A stretch of 18,892 nucleotides of DNA from Candidatus Iainarchaeum sp. (GTDB lineage: Archaea > Iainarchaeota > Iainarchaeia > Iainarchaeales > Iainarchaeaceae): contig JAWANB010000001.1 in assembly GCA_038895675.1 (NCBI GenBank), positions 11,209-30,100 on the forward strand, read 5' to 3'. Both the position numbers and the translations under genes were made by a program. The notes below the pieces were generated by a model. The model was not told the origin of the DNA. It ran no database searches and saw nothing but the letters and a program-made list of their open reading frames with translations. Each line of letters starts with the position of its first letter. Positions within the stretch are counted from its first letter, which is position 1. Of this stretch, positions 1-7,855 are shown piece after piece.

Positions 1-2
1 GA

Positions 3-1832
3 ACTTTATTAATGGTAATGGGCATACCTTATGATTCTGATGAAGGAAGAGCAATAGCAGGAGCATTAACAGCTATTCTTTGTGGAGAAGCTTATGCTAC
101 CTCGGCTGAAATGGCACAGTTCTTAGGACCTTTTGAAAGGTTTAATGCCAATAGAGAAGACATGCTTAGAGTAATAAGAAATCATCGTAGGGCAGCCTAT
201 AATTCAAAGCCTTCTGAGTATGAAGGCCTTACAATTAAGCCTCAAGGCATTGATCCTGATAAGTGTCCAAAAAATTTGCTTCAAGCAGCAAGACAAGCTT
301 GGGATAAAGCCCTTTTGTTAGGCGAAAAGCATGGTTACAGGAATGCTCAAGCAACTGTAATAGCACCTACTGGCACTATAGGCTTGTTAATGGACTGTGA
401 TACCACTGGTGTTGAACCAGATTTTGCGATGATAAAATTCAAGAAACTTGCAGGAGGCGGTTATTTCAAAATAGTTAACCAATCATTGCCAAGAGCCTTG
501 AAAAAATTAGGCTATAGTGAAAAGCAAATAGATGACATAGTTAAATATGTTAAAGGCACAGGTTCTTTAGAAGGCTGTCCTTTCATAAACAAAGAAACAT
601 TGAAAGCAAAAGGCTTTACCGAAGAAAAATTAGCCTTAATAGAAAACCTTTTACCTTCTGCATTTGAACTGAAGTTCGTTTTCAACACTTTCACTTTGGG
701 TGAAGACTTCATAAAAAGTTTAGGAATAAAAGAAGAAAAAATAAAGAGCAAAGACTTTGACCTTTTGGCTGAATTAGGTTTTTCAAAACAAGAAATAGAA
801 ATAGCTAACGATTACGTTTGTGGAACAATGACAATAGAAGGCGCACCTCACTTAGACAAAAAACATTACCCTGTCTTTGATTGTGCCAACACTTGCGGAA
901 AAAAGGGAAAAAGGTACATCCATTATTCAGGTCACTTAAAGATGATGGCCGCAGTCCAACCTTTTATTTCAGGTGCAATAAGCAAAACCATAAACATGCC
1001 TAACCATTGCACTGTAGAAGACATAAAAGACGCCTATATGCAATCTTGGCAATTAATGCTCAAAGCTAATGCGTTGTATAGAGACGGAAGCAAATTATCA
1101 CAACCATTAAGCACAATAGCAAAAGAAGACGAAATAGCCTGGTTAGGCGAAGAAGATGACATTGATGAAACAATAGGGCCAAAACAAATTCAAACTAAAG
1201 TACAAACAAAGATAGAAAGAAGACTATTGCCACCAAAAAGACACGGCTTTGTACAAGAAGCAACAGTTGGAGGTCACAAAGTTTTCATAAAAACAGGAGA
1301 ATATCCTGACGGGACTTTAGGTGAAATATTTATCGACATGTATAAAGAAGGAGCAAGCTACCGCGCTTTGCTGAATTGTTTTGCAGTAGCAATTTCAAAG
1401 TCATTACAATACGGAGTTCCTTTAGAAGAATTTGTAGACTCTTTTACTTTCACAAGGTTTGAGCCATCAGGAATAGTAAAAGGACACGACAAAATAAAGT
1501 CAGCTACTTCAATATTAGACTACATATTCAGAGTACTTGGTTATGAATACTTAGGTAGAACAGACTTTGTACATGTAAAGTCAATCAACGGAGAAGAACT
1601 TAAAGGAGAACAGAAAAAAATAGTAGAATTAGAAGAGAAAGAAAAAAAGCATTTGACAATGGAAGAAATTGACAAAAAAGGAATAAATACAGAATATGAT
1701 TTATCAATAAAAGAAGCAAGAGGAAAAGGCTATACTGGAGACCAATGCCAAAATTGTGGGTCAATGAGATTAAAACGCAATGGCTCCTGCCTTGTCTGTG
1801 AAGACTGCGGAAATACTACAGGCTGCAGCTGA
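3..1832 (+). CDS. nrdJ: Class II (adenosylcobalamin-dependent) ribonucleotide reductase, 3' part, with fused TSCPD domain and C-terminal Cys-rich zinc-ribbon-like tail; 5'-truncated by the window edge
   Basis: Motifs [30 protein letters not shown] and LYRDGSK; TSCPD-like segment [19 protein letters not shown]...FTRFEPSG...SILDYIFR; tail CQNCG...[17 protein letters not shown]. The frame is open from position 3 ([12 protein letters not shown]), so the true start lies upstream. Confidence 0.95.
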   Translation, partial: TLLMVMGIPYDSDEGRAIAGALTAILCGEAYATSAEMAQFLGPFERFNANREDMLRVIRNHRRAAYNSKPSEYEGLTIKPQGIDPDKCPKNLLQAARQAWDKALLLGEKHGYRNAQATVIAPTGTIGLLMDCDTTGVEPDFAMIKFKKLAGGGYFKIVNQSLPRALKKLGYSEKQIDDIVKYVKGTGSLEGCPFINKETLKAKGFTEEKLALIENLLPSAFELKFVFNTFTLGEDFIKSLGIKEEKIKSKDFDLLAELGFSKQEIEIANDYVCGTMTIEGAPHLDKKHYPVFDCANTCGKKGKRYIHYSGHLKMMAAVQPFISGAISKTINMPNHCTVEDIKDAYMQSWQLMLKANALYRDGSKLSQPLSTIAKEDEIAWLGEEDDIDETIGPKQIQTKVQTKIERRLLPPKRHGFVQEATVGGHKVFIKTGEYPDGTLGEIFIDMYKEGASYRALLNCFAVAISKSLQYGVPLEEFVDSFTFTRFEPSGIVKGHDKIKSATSILDYIFRVLGYEYLGRTDFVHVKSINGEELKGEQKKIVELEEKEKKHLTMEEIDKKGINTEYDLSIKEARGKGYTGDQCQNCGSMRLKRNGSCLVCEDCGNTTGCS

Positions 1833-1920
1833 TTTTATTGAACTATTGTTTTTAGTAATATTTGAGCTTCTTTAAGTCATTTTTTACTTTTTTAGTATTT
1901 TTCAGATTTAGAGTTTTTTT
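1833..1920 (+). terminator. Oligo-T-rich convergent intergenic region, probable archaeal-type terminator for nrdJ
   Basis: Several T5-T7 runs on the + strand after the nrdJ stop and no GC hairpin. Function is inferred from archaeal oligo-U termination. Confidence 0.4.
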
Positions 1921-2802
1921 TCACTCAAAAAAATTTACATCAAAGTTTTTGCTTTTATAAATTTTATTTTCGCTTGAAATAAGCAGTATACCGATAGGCA
2001 ATTTTTTTGAAATCTCAATAGCATTTTCAAAGCCAGCACAAAATAAACCAGTAGCATAAGCATCAGCCTCAATCGCAGAATCAGCCAAAACAAAAACAGC
2101 TTTATTTTCTTTTTCAGGCATTTTTTTCTTAGGATTTATTAAATGATGATAATTAAGCCATTTTCTTTTATTTGGAGCTGAACAAGCAATAGCCTTTCCA
2201 TTCAATTCAATTTTTCCAATAACAAAACCTTCTTTGTCAGGGTGTTCAAGTAAAACAATCCAAGGCTCAAAACCATATTTAGACTTTGCAAAAACATCAC
2301 CACCAGCATTTATGTAGTAGTGTTCAGCCAAGTTTTTTTTCAAAATAAGAGATGCCAAATCAATAGCATAACCTTTTCCAAGTCCTCCAAAGTCTATTTC
2401 TTTATGCAACAAAATTTCATTAGTTTGTTCATTTATTATTATAGGTTCTTCTAAACCTTCTATTTCTTTTTCCACAACGATTTTTGGTTCCAAAGAATAA
2501 TTTTGATCATAACCAAGATTTTCTAAAATTTTCTTTATCGTTACATCAAAAAAACCATTTGTTTTATTATTAAAATAGAGTGCTTGTTTTAACAAAAAAA
2601 TAAATTCAGAGTCAACTTTTTGCCAAACGCCTATTTTCGCATTTGCTTTGGATAATAGCGAATTTTTTTTAAACCTCGAATATTTTTCTTCAATTCTTTT
2701 GAATTCATTAAAACAATTTTTTACTAAATAGCTTTTTTGCTGTGTCAACTTTATCTCAACTATAGTGCCTAAAACTTCAATTTTTTCTGAAATTATTTTC
2801 AT
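1921..2802 (-). CDS. apbE: FAD:protein FMN transferase (ApbE family), no signal peptide visible
   Basis: Motifs GFFDVTI, IDFGGLGKGYAID, INAGGD, HHLINP and EADAYATGLF; lies 11 nt downstream of the FMN-binding protein gene. Confidence 0.92.
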   Translation of the reverse strand: MKIISEKIEVLGTIVEIKLTQQKSYLVKNCFNEFKRIEEKYSRFKKNSLLSKANAKIGVWQKVDSEFIFLLKQALYFNNKTNGFFDVTIKKILENLGYDQNYSLEPKIVVEKEIEGLEEPIIINEQTNEILLHKEIDFGGLGKGYAIDLASLILKKNLAEHYYINAGGDVFAKSKYGFEPWIVLLEHPDKEGFVIGKIELNGKAIACSAPNKRKWLNYHHLINPKKKMPEKENKAVFVLADSAIEADAYATGLFCAGFENAIEISKKLPIGILLISSENKIYKSKNFDVNFFE

Positions 2803-2813
2803 AAATTATCTGA

Positions 2814-3335
2814 TTATTTCACTTTTTGACTTTCAACAAATCCCTCAATAGAAGCTTTGAGAGCTCCAGCAGTAAGAGAACTGCCTGATATTTGGTCAGG
2901 TAAGTTAAGTTCGGTAATTTTTTTGCCTACCATTAGTTCAGGCAAAGCTTTATTTACCGAAGTAATAAAATTTTTTGAAATTTGGTCAGGTTCATTAACA
3001 GGAATTATTTCTGCCTTTTTCACAACTTCATTTTCTAATTCTATGATTATGCCTATGTTGTTAGTCCCTTTCTTTTCTTCCCCTTTAGGATAAGCATAAG
3101 TAGCTTTTAAATCATAAATTCCGTCAGCAATAGTTTTTACTTGCTCTTTTACTTGCTCTTCCCCTGGCTTTGTTTCTCCACCTTTTATTATTTGAGTAGT
3201 TGTTTTTTGTTCAACATTGTCTTGCTTTTTTACTTCTTCACTTTTTTGTTGCCCTTGATTTTGTTGTGAGCAACCCATAATAAAGACAAGCACACAAAAA
3301 ACCATTGCTAAAGCAAAAAATTTTTTGAAAACCAT
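2814..3335 (-). CDS. Secreted or lipid-anchored FMN-binding-domain protein, probable ApbE substrate
   Basis: Basic N-terminus, hydrophobic core and lipobox-like IMGC (Cys22); Q/K/E-rich linker; then DGIY...Y...IIIELENEVVKKA...MVGKKI...DQISGSSLT, a variant of the D-x-x-[ST]-G-A-[ST] flavinylation motif; adjacent to apbE. Confidence 0.8.
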   Translation of the reverse strand: MVFKKFFALAMVFCVLVFIMGCSQQNQGQQKSEEVKKQDNVEQKTTTQIIKGGETKPGEEQVKEQVKTIADGIYDLKATYAYPKGEEKKGTNNIGIIIELENEVVKKAEIIPVNEPDQISKNFITSVNKALPELMVGKKITELNLPDQISGSSLTAGALKASIEGFVESQKVK

Positions 3336-3356
3336 TATTAATAGACTGCTTTATTA

Positions 3357-3372
3357 TTTTTAAATGTTTTTC
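3357..3372 (-). promoter_or_regulatory. BRE + TATA box for the FMN-protein/apbE operon (leaderless transcript)
   Basis: The minus strand reads GAAAAACA-TTTAAAAA, then 21 nt to the ATG at 3335; the same spacing occurs at tal and ribL. Confidence 0.55.
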
Positions 3373-3507
3373 ATCGTTTATAGACTCATTTACATTTTCA
3401 AGCCCATTATTTTTAGTTTTAGAGCCGCTTTTCAGACATTTTGTTTTTAGGTCTTTTTTTTCTACCAGTACCATTATAAATTTTATCAACCATATTGTTT
3501 TTTTTAG

Positions 3508-3597
3508 ATGAAAAAAATTTCAAAAAAACGTTATTTCTATTTCTTCGTACTTTTTATTTTTTGTTTTTTTCACATTGTCTTTGGTGATTTGCAATGA
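3508..3597 (+). CDS. Putative 29-aa leader peptide or small membrane protein upstream of carA (MKKISKKRYFYFFVLFIFCFFHIVFGDLQ)
   Basis: ATG at 3508; TGA at 3595-3597 overlaps the carA ATG (ATGA); TATA-like TTATAAATTTTATCA at 3474-3488 upstream. Absent from the ORF track, whose entries are all 60 aa or longer. Confidence 0.45.
   Translation: MKKISKKRYFYFFVLFIFCFFHIVFGDLQ
3583..3588 (+). promoter_or_regulatory. Archaeal-type Shine-Dalgarno GGTGAT for carA
   Basis: GGTGAT lies 5 nt before ATG 3594; similar (G)GTGAT motifs precede carB, gnd and the phosphatase. Confidence 0.65.
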
Positions 3598-4664
3598 ACG
3601 CTAAGCTCGTACTTGAAAATGGTTTAGAGTTTTATGGTTTTTCTTTTGGCTATGAAAAGTCCACTTCTGGAGAAGTAGTTTTTAATACTGGCATGGTTGG
3701 CTATAATGAAAGTTTGACTGACCCAAGTTATGCAGGACAAATTCTTTGCTTTACTTATCCTTTAATAGGTAATTACGGTGTTCCAAAAAAGGTCCTTGAA
3801 AATGATTTAATAAAAAACTTTGAGTCTCATAAAATTCAAGTTCAAGGATTGGTAGTAAACGATTATTCTTACAATTATTCACATCATAACTCTTCAAAGT
3901 CTCTTGGCGATTGGTTGAAAGAAGAAAAAATCCCTGGTATTTTTGGTGTTGATGTAAGAGAACTTACAAAGACTTTGCGAGAAAAAGGCACTATGTTAGG
4001 CAAAATAATCATAAACAATGAGGACATTTCTTTATATGACCCTAACAAGGAAAACCTTGTTTCTTTTGTAAGCATTCATAAGCCAATAACTTATGGTAAG
4101 CACGGCAAAAAAGTTTTGTTAATAGATTGTGGCGTAAAAAACAATATTATCCATTCGCTTTTGAAAAGGAACGTGCAAGTAATAAGAGTCCCTTGGGATT
4201 ACGATTTTTTTGCCAAAGACACTGCTTTGGACTTTGATGGCATAGTAATAAGCAATGGCCCCGGCGATCCAAAAATGTGCGTTGCAACAATAAATAACGT
4301 AAGAAAAGCAATAGAGCAAGAAATTCCTATTTTTGGAATTTGTTTAGGCAATCAAATTCTTGCGTTGGCAAGTGGAGCAGACACATACAAGTTAAAGTAT
4401 GGACACAGAGGTCAAAATCAACCTTCTTATATTGTAGGAGAAAAAAGATGCTTTATGACCTCTCAAAACCATGGCTTTGCTGTTAACGAAAGCACTTTGC
4501 AAAAAGATTGGTTGCCATGGATGAGAAACGCAAATGATAACACTAATGAAGGATTAAGGCATAAAAACAAACCATTTTTTTCAGTGCAATTTCATCCAGA
4601 GGCAAATCCAGGGCCAACTGACACTGCTTTTATTTTTGACGAATTCGTGAAGGTGATAAAGTGA
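3594..4664 (+). CDS. carA: Carbamoyl-phosphate synthase small (glutaminase) subunit
   Basis: Motifs GEVVFNTGMVGY-ESLTDPSY-GQIL, SNGPGDP, catalytic GICLG, TSQNHGFAV and QFHPE. Confidence 0.98.
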   Translation: MNAKLVLENGLEFYGFSFGYEKSTSGEVVFNTGMVGYNESLTDPSYAGQILCFTYPLIGNYGVPKKVLENDLIKNFESHKIQVQGLVVNDYSYNYSHHNSSKSLGDWLKEEKIPGIFGVDVRELTKTLREKGTMLGKIIINNEDISLYDPNKENLVSFVSIHKPITYGKHGKKVLLIDCGVKNNIIHSLLKRNVQVIRVPWDYDFFAKDTALDFDGIVISNGPGDPKMCVATINNVRKAIEQEIPIFGICLGNQILALASGADTYKLKYGHRGQNQPSYIVGEKRCFMTSQNHGFAVNESTLQKDWLPWMRNANDNTNEGLRHKNKPFFSVQFHPEANPGPTDTAFIFDEFVKVIK

Positions 4665-7600
4665 GTAAACCTAAAAAAGTTTTGATATTAGGTTCAGGTG
4701 CTTTACAAATAGGCCAAGCTGGAGAATTCGATTATTCTGGTTCACAGGCAATTAAAGCTCTAAAAGAAGAAGGTATAAAAGTGATAGTGATTAATCCTAA
4801 CATTGCCACTGTTCAAACTTCAAAAAACTTTGCTGACGAAGTTTACTTTTTGCCTGTAACTCCATATTTTGTTGAAAAAGTCATGGAAAAAGAAAAGCCT
4901 GACGGCGTCTTACTTTCTTTTGGCGGACAAACGGCATTAAATTGCGGAATTGAGTTAGAGAACAAAGGAATTTTCAAGAAGTATAATGTTAAAGTTTTAG
5001 GAACCCCTACAAAAAGCATAGAATTGACTGAAGACAGAGCTTTGTTTAATGCAGAACTAAAAAAAATCGGTATTAAAGTGCCAAAGTCTTTTGCAGTAAA
5101 TAATACTAAAGATGCCTTGAAATTTGCCAAACAAATAGGCTATCCAATAATGGTAAGAGTTGCTTATGCATTAGGAGGAAAAGGAAGTGGTGTGGCAAAA
5201 AACGAATTAGAGTTACGAGACTTGGCAGAAAAAGCTTTCAAAGTAGCACCGCAAATTTTAGTAGAAGAATACTTAGCTGGCTGGAAAGAAATAGAGTACG
5301 AAGTAGTGAGAGATTATTTTGATAATTGTATTACCGTTTGTAATATGGAAAACTTTGATCCTTTAGGTATTCACACTGGAGAAAGCATAGTTGTTGCGCC
5401 ATCACAAACTTTGAACAACTATGAGTATCATATGCTAAGAGAAATCTCTATCAAAGTCATAAAACATTTAAAAATAGTTGGCGAATGTAACATACAATTT
5501 GCTTTGGATCCAAAAAGTGAAGATTATAGAGTAATTGAAGTAAACGCAAGACTTTCAAGGAGTTCAGCGTTAGCCTCTAAAGCCACTGGCTACCCTTTGG
5601 CTTTTATAGCTGCAAAATTGGCATTAAATTATAGTTTGCTTGAATTAGAAAACAAAATAACTAAGATTACTAAAGCATGCTTTGAACCAGCTTTAGACTA
5701 TGTTGTAGTAAAAATTCCTCGTTGGGATTTACAAAAATTTAGAAAAGTAAGTACAAGAATAGGCTCAGAAATGAAGAGTGTTGGAGAAGTAATGGCTATA
5801 GGCAAGACCTTTGAAGAAGCAATGCAAAAAGCAATAAGAATGCTTAACATTGGCATGTATGGTTTAGTAGGCAACAAAGTTTACTTTAAAAAATTGTCCG
5901 AAGAACTAAAATACCCTACTGACAAAAGAATATTTGCAATAGTTAGGGCATTAGAAAAAAATGTTCCAATAAACAAAATTTATAATGCCTCGAAAATTGA
6001 CAAATGGTTTTTGTACAAAATAAAAAATGTTATTGAAACAAAAAAAGAAATTTCAAATTTTTCTCTGGAAACAATTCCGAAAGAATTGTTGTTAAAAGCA
6101 AAAAAACAAGGTTTTTCAGACAAACAAATAGCCATGCTTATTAATTGTGATTCAGAACAAAAAGTAAGAGAAAAAAGACTTTCTTTTGGCATAAGACCAT
6201 TTGTAAAACAAATAGACACTTTGGCTGCAGAATGTCCTGCAAAAACAAATTACCTTTACTTGACTTACAACGGCATTTCTCACGACATAACTTTTGAAAG
6301 AAAAAAATCAATAATTGTACTTGGTTCTGGAGCGTATAGAATAGGAAGCTCTGTAGAGTTTGATTATTGTTGTGTCTCTTGTGCTAAGACGGCAAAAAAA
6401 TTAGGTTATGAAACAATAATGCTAAACTTTAATCCAGAAACAGTCTCAACAGACTACGATGAATACGACAAACTTTATTTTGACGAGATAAGTTTTGAAG
6501 TTGTAACAGAACTATTTGATTATGAAAAGCCTTTAGGCATAGTAGTTTCCATGGGTGGCCAAATACCAAACAATTTAGCGATAAAACTTCATAGAGCAGG
6601 AATAAAATTAGTAGGCACAAAACCTGAAAGCATTGATATCGCCGAAGACAGGCATAAATTCAGTTCTCTTTGCGATTCTTTGAAAATTCCACAACCAGAA
6701 TGGAAAGAATTGACTAGCATAGAAAAAGCAAAAGAATTTGCCTTAAAAGTAGGTTTTCCTGTTTTGGTTAGGCCCTCTTATGTTTTGAGCGGCCAAGCAA
6801 TGTCAGTTGCTTTTACTGAAAACGAATTAGAAGAATATATTCACAAAGCAACATCTGTCAGTAGCGAATTTCCAGTTGTTATAAGCAAATTCATTCTAAA
6901 TGCAAGAGAATTAGAACTTGATGCAGTAGCTTTAAACGGAGAACTAATTGACTTTGCTGTAATAGAACATATTGAAAACGCAGGTGTTCACTCAGGTGAT
7001 GCTTCAATGGTTTTACCACCACAAAAAACTTATCTTGAAACAATGAGAAAAATAAAAGAAATAGGAAAAAAATTGGCTTTGGCTTTGAACATTTCAGGCC
7101 CTTTTAATGTCCAATTTATAGCCAAAGACAACGAGGTCATGGTAATAGAATGCAATTTACGTGCGTCAAGGTCAATGCCATTCGTGTCCAAAGTTTCAGG
7201 CAACGACATGATTGAATTAGCTTCAAAATGCATTTTGAAAGCAAAAATTTCAAAACCAAAAAAAACTTTTTTTGAGTTAGAACACGTTGGAGTAAAAGCC
7301 CCACAATTTTCTTTCTCAAGACTAAAAGGCGCTGATCCAATTTCAGGAGTAGAAATGGCTTCTACCGGTGAAGTAGGGTGCTTAGGCAAAGACTTGGAAG
7401 ACGCTTTTTTAAAATCAATGATTAGTACAGGCAATGAGGTAAAGAATAAAACAGCACTTTTTTCATTGACTGGCGAATACAATAAACAAAAAATGTTAGA
7501 AGAAATAACTGCTTTGCAAAAAAACGGTTATACAATTTATGCAACCGAACATACTTTCGAATTTTTGAAAGCAAATAAAGTTAAATGCATTAAAGTTTTC

Positions 7601-7855
7601 AAATTACACGAAAAAAACAAACCAAACGTGTTAGATTTACTAAAAAAAAGCAAGTTAGGTTTTGCAGTAATAATTTCAGATCCGTTCAAGCACATGTTTT
7701 CTGACGAAAAATATGACATAAGAAGAACAATTGTTGATTACAATGTTCCACTAATAACAAACCTACAAATAGCCTCAGTTTTTTGCAGAGCAATTATCAA
7801 AAAGAAAATTGAAGAATTAGAAATAAAAAGTTGGAATGAGTATTTTAATAATTAG
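4661..7855 (+). CDS. carB: Carbamoyl-phosphate synthase large subunit
   Basis: IGQAGEFDYSGSQA; two ATP-grasp halves (GIHTGES/IEVNARLSRSS and GVHSGDA/IECNLRASRS); C-terminal MGS-like domain. The GTG start overlaps the carA stop (GTGA). Confidence 0.98.
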   Translation: MSKPKKVLILGSGALQIGQAGEFDYSGSQAIKALKEEGIKVIVINPNIATVQTSKNFADEVYFLPVTPYFVEKVMEKEKPDGVLLSFGGQTALNCGIELENKGIFKKYNVKVLGTPTKSIELTEDRALFNAELKKIGIKVPKSFAVNNTKDALKFAKQIGYPIMVRVAYALGGKGSGVAKNELELRDLAEKAFKVAPQILVEEYLAGWKEIEYEVVRDYFDNCITVCNMENFDPLGIHTGESIVVAPSQTLNNYEYHMLREISIKVIKHLKIVGECNIQFALDPKSEDYRVIEVNARLSRSSALASKATGYPLAFIAAKLALNYSLLELENKITKITKACFEPALDYVVVKIPRWDLQKFRKVSTRIGSEMKSVGEVMAIGKTFEEAMQKAIRMLNIGMYGLVGNKVYFKKLSEELKYPTDKRIFAIVRALEKNVPINKIYNASKIDKWFLYKIKNVIETKKEISNFSLETIPKELLLKAKKQGFSDKQIAMLINCDSEQKVREKRLSFGIRPFVKQIDTLAAECPAKTNYLYLTYNGISHDITFERKKSIIVLGSGAYRIGSSVEFDYCCVSCAKTAKKLGYETIMLNFNPETVSTDYDEYDKLYFDEISFEVVTELFDYEKPLGIVVSMGGQIPNNLAIKLHRAGIKLVGTKPESIDIAEDRHKFSSLCDSLKIPQPEWKELTSIEKAKEFALKVGFPVLVRPSYVLSGQAMSVAFTENELEEYIHKATSVSSEFPVVISKFILNARELELDAVALNGELIDFAVIEHIENAGVHSGDASMVLPPQKTYLETMRKIKEIGKKLALALNISGPFNVQFIAKDNEVMVIECNLRASRSMPFVSKVSGNDMIELASKCILKAKISKPKKTFFELEHVGVKAPQFSFSRLKGADPISGVEMASTGEVGCLGKDLEDAFLKSMISTGNEVKNKTALFSLTGEYNKQKMLEEITALQKNGYTIYATEHTFEFLKANKVKCIKVFKLHEKNKPNVLDLLKKSKLGFAVIISDPFKHMFSDEKYDIRRTIVDYNVPLITNLQIASVFCRAIIKKKIEELEIKSWNEYFNN

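Noticed and set aside
480..900. Long insert-like segment in NrdJ, possible intein
   Set aside because: No intein splice-junction or LAGLIDADG motifs; it resembles the usual insertion of this NrdJ subtype.
3135..3158. 12-nt tandem duplication (ttttacttgctc x2) encoding EQVKEQVK
   Set aside because: Only two copies, in a low-complexity linker; not an array.
3238..3489. 83-aa minus-strand ORF upstream of the FMN-binding gene
   Set aside because: It has a TTG start, overlaps the real gene out of frame, runs through that gene's BRE/TATA and has no recognisable motif.
3336..3507. Possible FMN riboswitch or ncRNA in the longest intergenic gap
   Set aside because: No FMN-aptamer consensus and only 4-5 bp weak stems. 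A second minus-strand BRE/TATA-like element (GATAAAA-TTTATAAT, 3487-3473) exists, so an Infernal/Rfam scan would be needed to exclude an RNA.
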